A DNA stretch of 64,000 bases, taken from Candidatus Poribacteria bacterium (lineage in GTDB: Bacteria > Poribacteria > WGA-4E > WGA-3G). The notes under the pieces were generated by a model. It was not told the origin of the DNA and made no database searches. It saw nothing but the letters and a program-made list of their open reading frames with translations. Location: the NCBI GenBank assembly GCA_963663765.2, contig CAXXUA010000004.1, positions 192,001 through 256,000 of the forward strand, in the 5' to 3' direction. Both the position numbers and the translations under genes were made by a program. Position 1 is the stretch's first letter. Each line of letters begins with the position of its first letter. Of this stretch, positions 1 through 10,423 are shown one piece after another.

Positions 1-44
1 ATATATTGAACGACATACCAACAATAGCAGTGAAGTAATTTAGA

Positions 45-229
45 CAGGACTTACGCAGTTTTCGTGATCCAATCAAGAATTAAGACGAAAACGATGTAAT
101 TTTCAGCATTTTTTAGGTTTCCGGCGCGCTTACAAAGCACCAAATCAACGGTATGAATGCCAAAAGGCATTCCCCGGGTATGAATGCCGTTTAGGCATTC
201 CCCGCCTACCGTTGGGTGCGTAAGTCCTG
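45..229. mobile_element. MITE family A copy (TIR CAGGACTTACGCA...TGCGTAAGTCCTG)
   Basis: 13-bp perfect terminal inverted repeat; flanks TTAGA/TTAAA (4/5 TSD match); internal REP hairpins; at least 8 copies in window. Confidence 0.85.
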
Positions 230-1057
230 TTAAAAAAAAGGATTGTGTGACTTTTCTTCACCCACAGTTGTAGGCGGTCCATGACCAGGGAAAAGTCTCA
301 CTTCATCAGGTAGTGAAAGCAAATTATCCCGAACGCTATCAATTTCATCCTGATATGAGATGTTTGGACCTCCCACTGAACCGGCGAATATTGCATCTCC
401 GACGAAAGCTGCTGTCTGTGTGAAATAACTACATCCACCGGGTGTATGTCCTGGCGTATCAAGAACAGTAACCTTGAGTTTGCCGACTTCCACAACATCA
501 GAATGAACAAGTTCTTGTAATGGATTTACACTACGCGGTTTGGGTTCATTCTCATGTATGTAAGTTGAGCAATCGGTAGCGTCTTGGAGTTGTGTTAACC
601 CATCAGTGTGGTCTCTATGTGAATGTGTCAACAAGATAGCAGTCGGAGTGACTTTTTGGGTATCAATCTCTTGCAAGATTAGTTCAGGATGGGCAGCAGT
701 ATCAATAATAGCGGCATCTTTTGTATCCTTACAAATTAACAGGTATGCGTTGACAGGCCAGCCACGGACTGGTGCGCTGACGGTAATGACATCAAGCTTT
801 GAGTCGTCAGACTGTTTGATCGGTTCAGGTTCCCACTGTTCTGTTGCTATGGCGAGTAACTTTTCACCATCTAAATTGAGTGATTCTGCGATTTTATATA
901 CTTGCGCTTCTGTAGGTATTAAAGTATACTGTTCCATACGCGCAATATCTGCTTCAGTAATTCCAACTGCATTTGCAATTTGACCTTGGGACATGTCTTG
1001 TCCACGTCGAGCCTTACCGATGATGTCTCCAAATTCATCTTCAAGTGCATAAACCAT
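230..1057 (-). CDS. XRE-type HTH fused to MBL-fold metallo-hydrolase (glyoxalase II-like)
   Basis: N-terminal HTH (GDIIGKARRGQDMSQGQIANAVGI); THSHRDH, TPGHTPG, GDAIF and PGHG MBL motifs; RBS AGGAG. Confidence 0.85.
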   Translation of the reverse strand: MVYALEDEFGDIIGKARRGQDMSQGQIANAVGITEADIARMEQYTLIPTEAQVYKIAESLNLDGEKLLAIATEQWEPEPIKQSDDSKLDVITVSAPVRGWPVNAYLLICKDTKDAAIIDTAAHPELILQEIDTQKVTPTAILLTHSHRDHTDGLTQLQDATDCSTYIHENEPKPRSVNPLQELVHSDVVEVGKLKVTVLDTPGHTPGGCSYFTQTAAFVGDAIFAGSVGGPNISYQDEIDSVRDNLLSLPDEVRLFPGHGPPTTVGEEKSHNPFF

Positions 1058-1247
1058 ACGATTATTCTCCTTATAGTTGAGTTAGAAAAATTATAGCAAA
1101 AAAGATGGTATAAAGCAATTCAAAAAGGTATATCCAAAATTAATAAGGTCTGGTCATTTTATCTATTTTAATTCAAAATGATTTATTAGAAAATCAACGG
1201 AGATGCACTATTAGTAGATACTACAGACTGAGTTATATTTCAATTAT

Positions 1248-1967
1248 ATGCATATCAAAGTCATCAATTATACTTTAGTAGAAATACCTGCGGGTCCATT
1301 TACCATGGGGACTTATCCTATGGGTTTGCGGAAAACTGATCCCGAAGAACCGCAACGTAGTGTTACTTTGGACGGTTTTGGCATCGGCATTTATCATGTT
1401 ACAAATTCCCAGTACGCGAAATTTGTTGATGATACAGGTTATCAACAGTCTATATATTGGCAGGATGAACGTTTCAATAGTGAAGATTGCCCTGTTGTTG
1501 GTGTGAGTTGGTATGATGTTCAAAATTTCTTTCTCTGGTTGAATAACATTACTGGTAAGGAATATCGCTTACCGACAGAAGCCGAATGGGAAAAAGCAGC
1601 CCGTGGTACTGATGGAAGAGAGTATCCTTGGGGGAATATTTGGGATGCAACAAAGGCAAACACAGCGGAAGCACAGTTGAAAAAGACAGGACCTGTAGGT
1701 GAATATCCAGATGGAAAAAGTCCATTCGGTTGTTATGATATGGCAGGTAACGCTTATGATTGGTGCAGCGACTGGTTTCATATTGATACATACAAGTACT
1801 CTCCACCGGAGAATCCAATGGGGGCAGTTGAGGGGAGACGAAAGGTGATTCGGGGTGGTTCGTGGCAGCCGGTTGGTGAGTTCGCAGCACGGTGTGCAAA
1901 CCGGGCTGCAAGTGAACCGATACGTGCATCACATAATATTGGGTTTCGGATTGCTATTGACTTATGA
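1248..1967 (+). CDS. Formylglycine-generating enzyme (FGE-sulfatase/SUMF1) domain protein
   Basis: PVVGVSWYD, RLPTEAEWEKAARG, YDMAGNAYDWCSDW, IRGGSW, NIGFR motifs. Confidence 0.9.
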   Translation: MHIKVINYTLVEIPAGPFTMGTYPMGLRKTDPEEPQRSVTLDGFGIGIYHVTNSQYAKFVDDTGYQQSIYWQDERFNSEDCPVVGVSWYDVQNFFLWLNNITGKEYRLPTEAEWEKAARGTDGREYPWGNIWDATKANTAEAQLKKTGPVGEYPDGKSPFGCYDMAGNAYDWCSDWFHIDTYKYSPPENPMGAVEGRRKVIRGGSWQPVGEFAARCANRAASEPIRASHNIGFRIAIDL

Positions 1968-1992
1968 AATTAAATGCTTGAAAAAAGAGAAA

Positions 1993-3075
1993 ATGCAAAA
2001 ACTGAATCTATCAGAGAATCCTAAAGAATTTCGTAAGGTACTGTTGACATGGTTCAATATACATCAACGCGAAATGCCGTGGCGTGGGATTGATGATCCT
2101 TATAAGATCTGGGTTTCTGAGGTTATGCTTCAGCAGACACAAGTAAAAAAGGTCGTTGATTATTATCTAAGATTTATCACGCGATTTCCTGATATAAAAC
2201 AACTTGCATCCGCATCACTTCAAGATGTGCTGAAAGTATGGGAAGGATTAGGATATTACGCAAGAGCACGAAACCTTCACAAAGCAGCAAAGATTGTTGT
2301 TGATATGTATAATGGAGAGATCCCTAGTGAATACACAGAGTTTCGCAAATTGCCGGGTGTTGGTGATTACAGTGCTGCTGCTGTGCTAAGTATTGCTTTT
2401 GATGCACCTTATGCTGCTGTTGATGGGAACATCAAACGGGTGTTAGCACGTCTCTTTCTCATGGAAGCACTGATCAATGATAGTTCATCACAAAAACTAT
2501 TTCAAGAACAAGCTGATGAACTTCTGGATCATGAGAAACCAAGTCAGTACAATCAAGCAATGATGGAATTGGGGGCAACTGTGTGTCGTCCCCAATCCCC
2601 GACATGTCTTGTCTGTCCTGTGAGTATGTATTGTTGTGCATTTCAAACAGCGAGTCAAGACGAATTTCCACGTAGCAACAAGAGAAGTGCAATTCCTGAA
2701 CATCACATGGTTGCTTGCGTGATCAGTAAAGGCACAAAGGTACTGCTTATACAACGACCCCTTGACGGATTACTTGGTGGTCTCTGGGAATTTCCCAACG
2801 GTAGACCCAACGAAGATGAAGATGTGGAAGCAGCTTGTGTGCGTCATATCACTGATGCTGTCAACCTCAATGTCAATAATCTAACATACCTTACCCGTGT
2901 GCGACATGCATTTACTCATTTTAAAATCGTTGTTGATGTCATGCAATGTGACTATCACTCGGGTGAAATCGTCTTGAAAGGACCAATAGATGCAAAGTGG
3001 GTTGAACTCACTTCACTCAAGGAGTATCCACTTCCGCGAACTACCCACAAAATCCTTGTTAAATTAGTTATTTGA
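1993..3075 (+). CDS. mutY: A/G-specific adenine DNA glycosylase
   Basis: WVSEVMLQQTQV, WEGLGYYARARNL, LPGVGDYSA, VDGNIKRVLAR, C-x6-C-x2-C-x5-C Fe-S motif and NUDIX-like C-terminus; ATG at 1993 chosen as start. Confidence 0.95.
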   Translation: MQKLNLSENPKEFRKVLLTWFNIHQREMPWRGIDDPYKIWVSEVMLQQTQVKKVVDYYLRFITRFPDIKQLASASLQDVLKVWEGLGYYARARNLHKAAKIVVDMYNGEIPSEYTEFRKLPGVGDYSAAAVLSIAFDAPYAAVDGNIKRVLARLFLMEALINDSSSQKLFQEQADELLDHEKPSQYNQAMMELGATVCRPQSPTCLVCPVSMYCCAFQTASQDEFPRSNKRSAIPEHHMVACVISKGTKVLLIQRPLDGLLGGLWEFPNGRPNEDEDVEAACVRHITDAVNLNVNNLTYLTRVRHAFTHFKIVVDVMQCDYHSGEIVLKGPIDAKWVELTSLKEYPLPRTTHKILVKLVI

Positions 3076-4014
3076 TCCGAACTTTGCTTCGTATTTTTCC
3101 CATACTTCATCTGGAATTGGGGTGCTTGCTGCTCGAACATTTGCTTCTAATTGTTCAACATTGAGACTTCCAATGTTATTTCCGTGTATGCGTTCCTCTT
3201 TCAGACAGAACTGAATTGCAAGTTGTAGCAAACTGACACCTTCTTCGACGCACCATTGCCATATTGGATATGCTGCAGCGACATCTCCTTCTTTCCGCCA
3301 ACGTCCCCGTTCAATTTCTGCATCAATATTAACATCTGTGAGGATACCACGTAGTATTGACCAACCATTCATTACACCGATGTCTGCTTCAGCTGCAGCA
3401 GGTAGGATGGTATCTGTAACAGTCTGCCGGACAAGGTTGTAATCGTTGAAGCATAATAACAAATCGACATCACCTGTTGCGATGGCTTTTAGATGAAAAT
3501 CGTGTTGACGCATGCCGTAACCAACGAAACGGACGAGTCCGCGTTCTTTACATTTGAGCAACCCTTCAAGTGTACCACCTTTTTCGAGGGTTGGGTCAAT
3601 TTCACCTGGGTCGTGTATGAGCATTCCCTCCAGATAATCGACATTTAAGATTTCCAGTTGATTTTCCAAGTCTTTAATTGCACGGTCAGCGGAATAATCG
3701 GGTCTACCTTGTCCGTATCCTCCCCAATCTGCTGCGGAATGGCAGCACAGACGGGCAGTAATAATGACATCTTCGCGTGGAATCTCCTTCATTGCTAGAC
3801 CAAGTTTGCGCAGAGAATCACCATAACAACGTGCACAGTCAAAATGATTGACACCGATAGATACTGAATGTTTTATCAATGCAATAGCATCTTCATCCGA
3901 TACAAACCCAAAATTGTTTCCGAATCCTTGTGTACCATAAGGTACAACAGGGATACTTAATTCTGTCCTACCTAATCTTCGTCGAGGTACTGTTGGTAAG
4001 GATTGATTTGCCAT
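3064..4014 (-). CDS. Aldo/keto reductase
   Basis: RRRLGRTELSIP, GVNHFDCARCYG, AKR-type C-terminus; start MANQ with AGGAG RBS; the longer ORF call runs into a repeat element. Confidence 0.85.
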   Translation of the reverse strand: MANQSLPTVPRRRLGRTELSIPVVPYGTQGFGNNFGFVSDEDAIALIKHSVSIGVNHFDCARCYGDSLRKLGLAMKEIPREDVIITARLCCHSAADWGGYGQGRPDYSADRAIKDLENQLEILNVDYLEGMLIHDPGEIDPTLEKGGTLEGLLKCKERGLVRFVGYGMRQHDFHLKAIATGDVDLLLCFNDYNLVRQTVTDTILPAAAEADIGVMNGWSILRGILTDVNIDAEIERGRWRKEGDVAAAYPIWQWCVEEGVSLLQLAIQFCLKEERIHGNNIGSLNVEQLEANVRAASTPIPDEVWEKYEAKFGSNN

Positions 4015-4046
4015 AAAGTTTCTCCTGATATGGTATATTGTGTAAT

Positions 4047-4172
4047 CAGGACTTACGCATTTTCTCATGAAGTCCCACTGATAAAGGGGATATAGTGAGT
4101 TAGGATCGCTGAAATAGCACCTTTTCCCTAACCCCTTATATAAATATATCAAGGGGGAATGCGTCCATCCTG
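4047..4172. mobile_element. Degenerate MITE A-related element
   Basis: CAGGACTTACGCA left end; degenerate TGCGTCCATCCTG right end; internal CCCC/GGGG hairpin. Confidence 0.5.
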
Positions 4173-4195
4173 TTCCATAGTAATTATTGGACCAT

Positions 4196-4432
4196 TTAAC
4201 GTTCTGTCTTATCAAGTGGATATGTCTCATCTTCTTTTGATAACGGGTACGGATCTTCCTTCGTCAATTCACCGTTCGGGAGTTCGTAGTAGCGATGTCC
4301 GTTAATATCATACACATTTGGGATCCCTTTTTTGCGGTTCTCCTCTTGTGCCCTTTTCGCAGCTCTATTGCCAATTTCCAGAAACTTACGTGCTTGTTTG
4401 TAGGTTTCAAGGCTCAATTCATCTTGACGCAT
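4196..4432 (-). CDS. Small protein translationally coupled to a zeta-like ATPase (possible antitoxin-like partner)
   Basis: TAATG overlap with upstream ATPase; AAKRAQEENRKKGIPNVY type of small partner. Confidence 0.6.
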   Translation of the reverse strand: MRQDELSLETYKQARKFLEIGNRAAKRAQEENRKKGIPNVYDINGHRYYELPNGELTKEDPYPLSKEDETYPLDKTER

Positions 4433-5019
4433 TATGCACCTCCATTGCGAATGTCTCGCATAAATATTTCAAAGATATCATTGTTTATTACCGTAAACTG
4501 GTTCCCTTCACCAGAAGCGATTTCCTGAGGATGTTCACCAGAATTGTAGAACAGATGCCACTCATCCGCCATATCCTTGTAAGTATACCAAAAGTTGTGC
4601 TTGCTCCGATAAAACCGACGGATGACATCTTCCGTTGGCACATGGTGTCCGCCCCCCTGTACACGATTCCGTACACGAGCAACACTGGTCTCAGCCGATT
4701 TGAGAAAAATAAAAACAATGGTAACCGTGTAGCCAGCACTTTTTAATTGAGAGATAGTTCTCGCAAATCCTTTACCGGCAAGCGTCACCTCTACAATAAA
4801 ATCTGTCCCCGCTTGGATAAGCCCCTGGATTTCTTGGATAAATAGTCTTCCAGCTTGAATCTTAACGCTTCCCATCTCCTCCGGTCTAGATACCAATCTT
4901 TCTGCGATCGCATCGGCACCGATATATACAGAGATCTCAGAATCCCGGAGATATTCGGACACAAAAGTCGTTTTTCCGGACCCGTTTGGACCGGCTATGA
5001 TTATTACATTTTTCGACAA
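4432..5019 (-). CDS. Zeta toxin-like / predicted ABC-type P-loop ATPase
   Basis: IIAGPNGSGKTT Walker A; ARVRNRVQGGGHHVPTEDVIRRF motif. Confidence 0.85.
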   Translation of the reverse strand: MSKNVIIIAGPNGSGKTTFVSEYLRDSEISVYIGADAIAERLVSRPEEMGSVKIQAGRLFIQEIQGLIQAGTDFIVEVTLAGKGFARTISQLKSAGYTVTIVFIFLKSAETSVARVRNRVQGGGHHVPTEDVIRRFYRSKHNFWYTYKDMADEWHLFYNSGEHPQEIASGEGNQFTVINNDIFEIFMRDIRNGGA

Positions 5020-5115
5020 GGTATTACCTTCAAACTTTTAATGTCCATTGTAGGCGAGTTTTGAAATCTCGCCTACTGAAACATAGCAAACCACAGTTTG
5101 GAATTTGGCAAAGAG

Positions 5116-5742
5116 CTAATATTTATCAGAACCTTCAAGCGGCAGCGGCACTGCCCAGATATTCCGATATCGGACATGATTGCCGTGGTCTTGTAAACGT
5201 AGGGGTCCTGGTTTTGCCAATTCTGAACCAGCACCACCAGCTGTAGCTCCTGGAAGCTGAACGTTATTGAGGATAACTAAACCGTTCTGAAGTGCTGTTA
5301 CTCTGACGTTTTCGGTCATTTCACCATTATCATTGAATCTTGGCGCACGGAAGATAACATCATAAGTTTGCCAATGAAGTGGAGGTAAACAAGCATTTAC
5401 AAGTGTAGCAAATTGATTGTAAATTGCCCCGCAATCTCCTTTACCAGGGACTTCAATGCCGAAAGAATCCAACACTTGTATTTCATATCTTCCTTGTAGA
5501 AATACGCCACTATTTCCTTTTCCTTGTCCACTTGCTTCGGGCATATCAGGACACATGAATTCAACGTGTAGGAAATGATCCGTGAAGGTTTCTTTGCTTG
5601 AAATGTCACCTGTGCGAGGCTCTACAATCATAGCGTCATCTTCAACTTTCCATTTCGGTTCGCCGCCATCCCGTCCCACCCAATTGCTTAAATCAGTTCC
5701 ATCAAAAAGAATCACTGCTGATTCTGGAGGTGTTTGTAACAT
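5116..5742 (-). CDS. DUF1080 / 3-keto-disaccharide hydrolase family protein
   Basis: LFDGTDLSNW, GNSGVFLQGRYEIQVLDS, LQDHGNHVRYRNIW. Confidence 0.9.
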   Translation of the reverse strand: MLQTPPESAVILFDGTDLSNWVGRDGGEPKWKVEDDAMIVEPRTGDISSKETFTDHFLHVEFMCPDMPEASGQGKGNSGVFLQGRYEIQVLDSFGIEVPGKGDCGAIYNQFATLVNACLPPLHWQTYDVIFRAPRFNDNGEMTENVRVTALQNGLVILNNVQLPGATAGGAGSELAKPGPLRLQDHGNHVRYRNIWAVPLPLEGSDKY

Positions 5743-5851
5743 AAATTAGTTTTCCTTTCTAATACTTTACATTTATAATTTACCCTTTGTATTAGGGTTT
5801 GAGGATTTTCCGTAATTTTAACTGGATTCGTCTTTTTTGTCAACGGTTTAG

Positions 5852-6210
5852 CAGAGTTATTTAGTTTTCAATATTTTTGATAATATTTTGCTATGTCGTT
5901 AATTTTATGTGATACCATCTTGTCCAGTTCTTTAGTCCCGTAGGGACGATATGTTTATAGAAAATGTTTTCCACTCCAATTGAGTTCCGTAGGAACGACA
6001 TAGAAGAATAAACATATCGTCCCTACGGGACTAAAGAACTGAGGAGGGTATTTGTTTGCTATAAACATATCGTCCCTACGGGACTAAAGAGCGATGTTCA
6101 TGTTTCAATAATCTAAAATTGATGCATAAAGTTCGGTTAGGAAACCGAACGCGTGTATTAACTTTCAGTAAATCTAAATAAAAGAAAACTCTTAAAACTG
6201 AATAACCCTG
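5852..6210. mobile_element. MITE family C copy (TIR CAGGGTTATTYAGTTTT)
   Basis: Inverted ends; perfect 9-bp TSD ACGGTTTAG on both sides; carries GTCCCGTAGGGAC REP palindromes. Confidence 0.85.
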
Positions 6211-6261
6211 ACGGTTTAGGGATACAAGCACAGAAGTTACTGTTTGCAGTATTTTCCAGAC

Positions 6262-7902
6262 TCAAACTTGCTTAGACACCTTCTCAGCCAATCTTATTAG
6301 TGCAGGGGACATGTCAGATTTTTCAAGTTCTGCTTCAATCATGACAAAATGTTTCGTTTCTGCAAGTGCAGTTTTCATTGCCCTTTCAAATTCACCTTCG
6401 GTACGGACAGCAAACGCTTGTCCTGCTCCTAACATTTCCGGTAGATGCGTATAACGCCAATTTATTATATCATTATAAGGACCTTCAACGAGTGGACGCA
6501 TAGTACCGTAACCGTGATTGTTGAGAACAAGAATAATCGGGTTAAGTCCGTAGCGGATAGTCGTTGAGAGTTCAGTTCCAGTCATTTGGAAGGCTCCATC
6601 TCCGACAATAACGAGTGGTCTGGTGTCAGGTTTACCCAGTTGTGCACCAACAGCAGCTGGAATTGCAAACCCCATTGAGGTATAGTATGCCTGAGAAATA
6701 AATTCCGTGTGTTCCGGTAGCCGTAAATCCGATGCACCCCAAAGGCAGTCTCCCACATCGGGAATAACTGTCAGGTCATCGCTTAGAAATTGATTGAGAT
6801 GTTGGAATAAGCGTTTGACAGTAAGTGTTTGGTCGGGGACCATCACAAAGGGTTCAGCCACTTCCAGTACCCATTCCAAGTTTACATCGGGACGTATGTT
6901 GAGTTGCGGAGAACATAAACCATCTAAAAAATCTTCAAATGTAACATCTTCATAAGTAGAGTAACAGACTGTGATTTTATCCGAGGAAGCATAGACACAA
7001 CGACTTCGCGCGAGGTTTGCGGTGTAAATCCCAAGGTTGACATCGGTCATAAATGCGCCAAGAATAATAAGACAATCAGATGTTTCAACAAGCGTTGTGA
7101 TCTCTGTTCTACCCATTGCACCACCATAAATACCTAAGTAAAATGGATGTGCTTCTGGCATCACCGATTTCCCCAACAACGTTGTAACTACTGGGATCTG
7201 TTTTTCTTCTGCAAGCCGAAGTAATTTGTCTTGAAATCTGTATCTATGGAGTTCTGCCCCTGCTAAAATAACAGGATTTTCGGATTGATTTATGAACGCA
7301 ATTGCATTTGATAAAGCAGCATCTAACGTTTCGGGGTCACTGTGTATTCCATCTGTTGAAGGAATATGGTGACCTGATCCTTGTATGTTTACCATATCGC
7401 GTGGTAGTTCAATGTAGCCCGGACGCTTATGCCAATAGACTGCTTCCAACACTCTATCTATCTCGTTAAAAGCTGTATAAGGTTCATCAAGTAGTGCTGT
7501 TGCGACGGTTATCTCTTCATAGATACGTTGTTGTGTAAAAAAGTTTTTACCTTTATGGTGTAAAAGTGCGCCCTCAGTGCGCTCCTTTATTCCTGGGCTG
7601 CCGCTAATGACAACAAGAGGTGATTTTTCAGCATAAGCAGCGGTGACGGCGTTAATCATAGATAAACCCCCGACACCGTACGTCACACACGCAGCCCCCA
7701 TGCCGTTTGTTCGGGCATAAGCATCTGCAGCGAATCCCGCGGTTTCTTCACGCGTTGTACCGATGTGTTGAATAGGACTCTGCTCAATCATATCAAAGAA
7801 CTGCACTACATAATCGCCAGGTATGCCAAAAATATGATTGATTTCGTAACTCATTAGTTTTTTCAGCAGGTACTCACCAATTGTTAGTTGATTATTTGAC
7901 AT
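6262..7902 (-). CDS. ipdC: TPP-dependent alpha-keto acid (indolepyruvate/phenylpyruvate) decarboxylase
   Basis: FGIPGDY, AADAYAR, VTYGVGGLS, GDGAFQMTGTELST...NNHGY TPP-binding motif. Confidence 0.8.
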   Translation of the reverse strand: MSNNQLTIGEYLLKKLMSYEINHIFGIPGDYVVQFFDMIEQSPIQHIGTTREETAGFAADAYARTNGMGAACVTYGVGGLSMINAVTAAYAEKSPLVVISGSPGIKERTEGALLHHKGKNFFTQQRIYEEITVATALLDEPYTAFNEIDRVLEAVYWHKRPGYIELPRDMVNIQGSGHHIPSTDGIHSDPETLDAALSNAIAFINQSENPVILAGAELHRYRFQDKLLRLAEEKQIPVVTTLLGKSVMPEAHPFYLGIYGGAMGRTEITTLVETSDCLIILGAFMTDVNLGIYTANLARSRCVYASSDKITVCYSTYEDVTFEDFLDGLCSPQLNIRPDVNLEWVLEVAEPFVMVPDQTLTVKRLFQHLNQFLSDDLTVIPDVGDCLWGASDLRLPEHTEFISQAYYTSMGFAIPAAVGAQLGKPDTRPLVIVGDGAFQMTGTELSTTIRYGLNPIILVLNNHGYGTMRPLVEGPYNDIINWRYTHLPEMLGAGQAFAVRTEGEFERAMKTALAETKHFVMIEAELEKSDMSPALIRLAEKVSKQV

Positions 7903-8013
7903 AATAACACCTTTAACTACGCTTGACCGCAGCATTTAAAAGACTGGTATTGTGATCACCTATAAATATAGTCTGTTCATTCGTTAGGCAATATCGTCCT
8001 ATTAATTTAGCTG

Positions 8014-8766
8014 CTATTCGTTGATATAATCTGAACGCAACAGAAACGTGTGTGATTCCCAACCACCTGTGCGTACATCAAGTTCAGCTTCATTTGCCAT
8101 AATATCCTCCAACTCACCGTAGGTAGTTGCATCTTCCTCGTTTGCAAATTCAAATTCAACCAGCCGGTGTGGAGTTTCACCATAGTAGTTGTCGTAAGAG
8201 GCTATTGTTTTTAACTGGGACGGTCCAACTGTAGTAGCAGAAACGGAGTCAACCCAATCCAGGTATGCTTGTTTTCCACCAAGAGGATAATTAATCAACA
8301 AAACGCCTTTAACTGGCCAATTGCCTTCCGCTCCTTTCGCGTAATCAGAACGCAGGATAAATGTGTGCACGGTCACATCGCTTGCATGGTTTGGGAGGTC
8401 ATTGTTAATATCGGCTATCTCAGGTCGATTTAGATATGTTGCCATATCAAGAAAACTATCAAATTCATACTCAACAAGTCGATTTGGACTCTTCGTTGGG
8501 TCTTGATTATCATAGGAACGTATCCTACGGACCTCTTCAGGGGCATACAGAGTTGGAACAAGGGATTGAACCCATTCAATATAAGCATCTTTACCACCCT
8601 CTGGATAGTCAATTAGCAGGACATACTTCACTGGGATTTGAGGAGTCAAGTCCTCTTCAGATTGTATTGTGTCATCCACAACATCTTGTACGGTCTGACA
8701 TCCGGTCAATGCTAAGAGTGTAATAGTTATCAAAATTAAAAACGCGTTACCTATTTTTAATTGCAT
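8014..8766 (-). CDS. Lipoprotein with two tandem ~100-aa repeats (EthD/dimeric alpha-beta barrel-like)
   Basis: Lipobox LTGC; internal duplication KYVLLIDYPEGGKDAYIEWV / KGVLLINYPLGGKQAYLDWV; AGGAGG RBS. Confidence 0.65.
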   Translation of the reverse strand: MQLKIGNAFLILITITLLALTGCQTVQDVVDDTIQSEEDLTPQIPVKYVLLIDYPEGGKDAYIEWVQSLVPTLYAPEEVRRIRSYDNQDPTKSPNRLVEYEFDSFLDMATYLNRPEIADINNDLPNHASDVTVHTFILRSDYAKGAEGNWPVKGVLLINYPLGGKQAYLDWVDSVSATTVGPSQLKTIASYDNYYGETPHRLVEFEFANEEDATTYGELEDIMANEAELDVRTGGWESHTFLLRSDYINE

Positions 8767-9462
8767 CAATTTTCCTCCTATGACAACAGTGGTTGTCTTA
8801 TAAATAATTAAAAGTATTGGTGTATATAGAACACAAAGAGTATTTTATTTGATTTGAATATATAATTCAAGATAAAATGATAAAATGATAGAATAACAGA
8901 GGTATTCAAATGGTCAGATAGTTTAATATTTATACCATTGCTAATTGATAATGTACCGTTCTCGGTGGAGATTCTGTAGGCAACAAGTGCTATATACAGG
9001 AAAATCATGGTGAATATCAAACGCGCATTCGTCAAAAGGTATTGGTCCCGTTGATTTGGTGCCTCACAATGTTGACTCTATCAAAAAAATAATAATCACG
9101 TTGATTTGGTATTATACCGAATTAACGTGAGTCGTCTTGCTAAGTGTGCGGTTAGGAAACCGCACCTACCGTTGGAAAAAGATAAATTACGTTGATTTGG
9201 TATTATGTCACCTAAAAGTCACCAATAAAAAATACGTGTCACGGGATTCAGAGTCAGTTTGTAAGAATCGCTATTCAACTTGTTGGGTTCGAAATTTTCC
9301 TACTTTACATGTGATGTGAACGCAACGTGAACAGTAAAAAATATCTATTATGTTATTGGTGCATGAAAAATGGTAAGCTTGAAGATTCAGAGCTTTTATG
9401 GTAAGGTAAAATTGCCCGGAAATGATGAGGCAAATATTCAAATTATGAAGGAGAAGCGTAAT

Positions 9463-9858
9463 ATGGCAAAAGTTAAGGTTTTTCTAAGTTTTGAGTTTGA
9501 CAGAGATGAGGAACTTCATCAAAATTTCTACGGGCAAGCTGCTGAATACTCCAGTCATAAAATTGAAGATTATTCACTAAACGAACCTTATCCACCACAT
9601 AATAACAGGAGTTGGTTGAAGATAGCGAGGGATCTAATTTCTTGCTCGGACATTGTGATTGCCGTTATAGGAGAAGACACTCATAATGCACCTGGTGTTG
9701 AAAAAGAGGTGACAGTTGCTAATCAGCAGAATAAACCTATCTTCCAGATTCGTCCGCAGAGCAGGACAAGTGGTCGGGTCGACGGGGCAGGTGAGGTAAT
9801 TCCATGGAAGTGGAAGAAAATCGATGCGAAAATTTCTGAGTGTTTAAAGAAAAAATAA
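9463..9858 (+). CDS. TIR domain protein (MTH538/Thoeris ThsB-like)
   Basis: KVFLSFEFDRD...SDIVIAVIGEDTHNAPGVEKEV with the catalytic-type Glu; AAGGAG RBS. Confidence 0.8.
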   Translation: MAKVKVFLSFEFDRDEELHQNFYGQAAEYSSHKIEDYSLNEPYPPHNNRSWLKIARDLISCSDIVIAVIGEDTHNAPGVEKEVTVANQQNKPIFQIRPQSRTSGRVDGAGEVIPWKWKKIDAKISECLKKK

Positions 9859-9923
9859 AACGCGGACTTGCAAATGTGTACTGTCAGTCTACTATATTAT
9901 TGTGTGATGATTTTAATATCGGA

Positions 9924-10422
9924 TCAATAGTTATTCCGAATTGAAATCGCATCTTCTACCCAAGTGGCGAGGTGTTTTTTGATATGGTTATAGACGTATT
10001 TGCTGCATGCGTATGGCGGATCATAGGACTTGACGATGGTAAAGAGTTTCTTTTTATCACGTCCCACAGTAAAGTCAGCGAATGGATTTTTCCCTTTTGT
10101 AGACTTGTTGCCATCACGGTCAAGTAGATTGTGGATGTAAATGCCTAAAACACCCTTTCCATCATTCCATGACTTTTTTATTTCATACTTAATCCACTTT
10201 CTTCCTGCAGTCTTCGCGCCAATGTAGGACGATCGTACAAGATTTACCTTTTAGTTGTCCATCAATCCAATTCTGAATTGCTTTACTTTCACCTTTTTTG
10301 ATTTGTTCCCAATCGTTATCTGAAACTGGGCGGTTGCCTTCTATCACTCCCATTTTTCTAACTTGGGCAGCACGCCAATTGTCCGGTTTGTAGTGAAAAC
10401 TGTAAAAAGATCTACGCGCCAT
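9924..10422 (-). pseudogene. Frameshifted ThsB-like TIR domain gene
   Basis: MARRSFYSFHYKPDNWRAAQVR...KSCTIVL, then one extra base near 10225; the shifted frame continues IGAKTAGRKWIKYEIKKSWNDGKGVLGIYIHNL...WVEDAISIRNNY*. Confidence 0.85.
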
Positions 10423-10423
10423 A

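Noticed and set aside
4015-4230. N-terminal extension of the aldo/keto reductase
   Set aside because: Runs through a repeat element; an RBS supports the start at 4014
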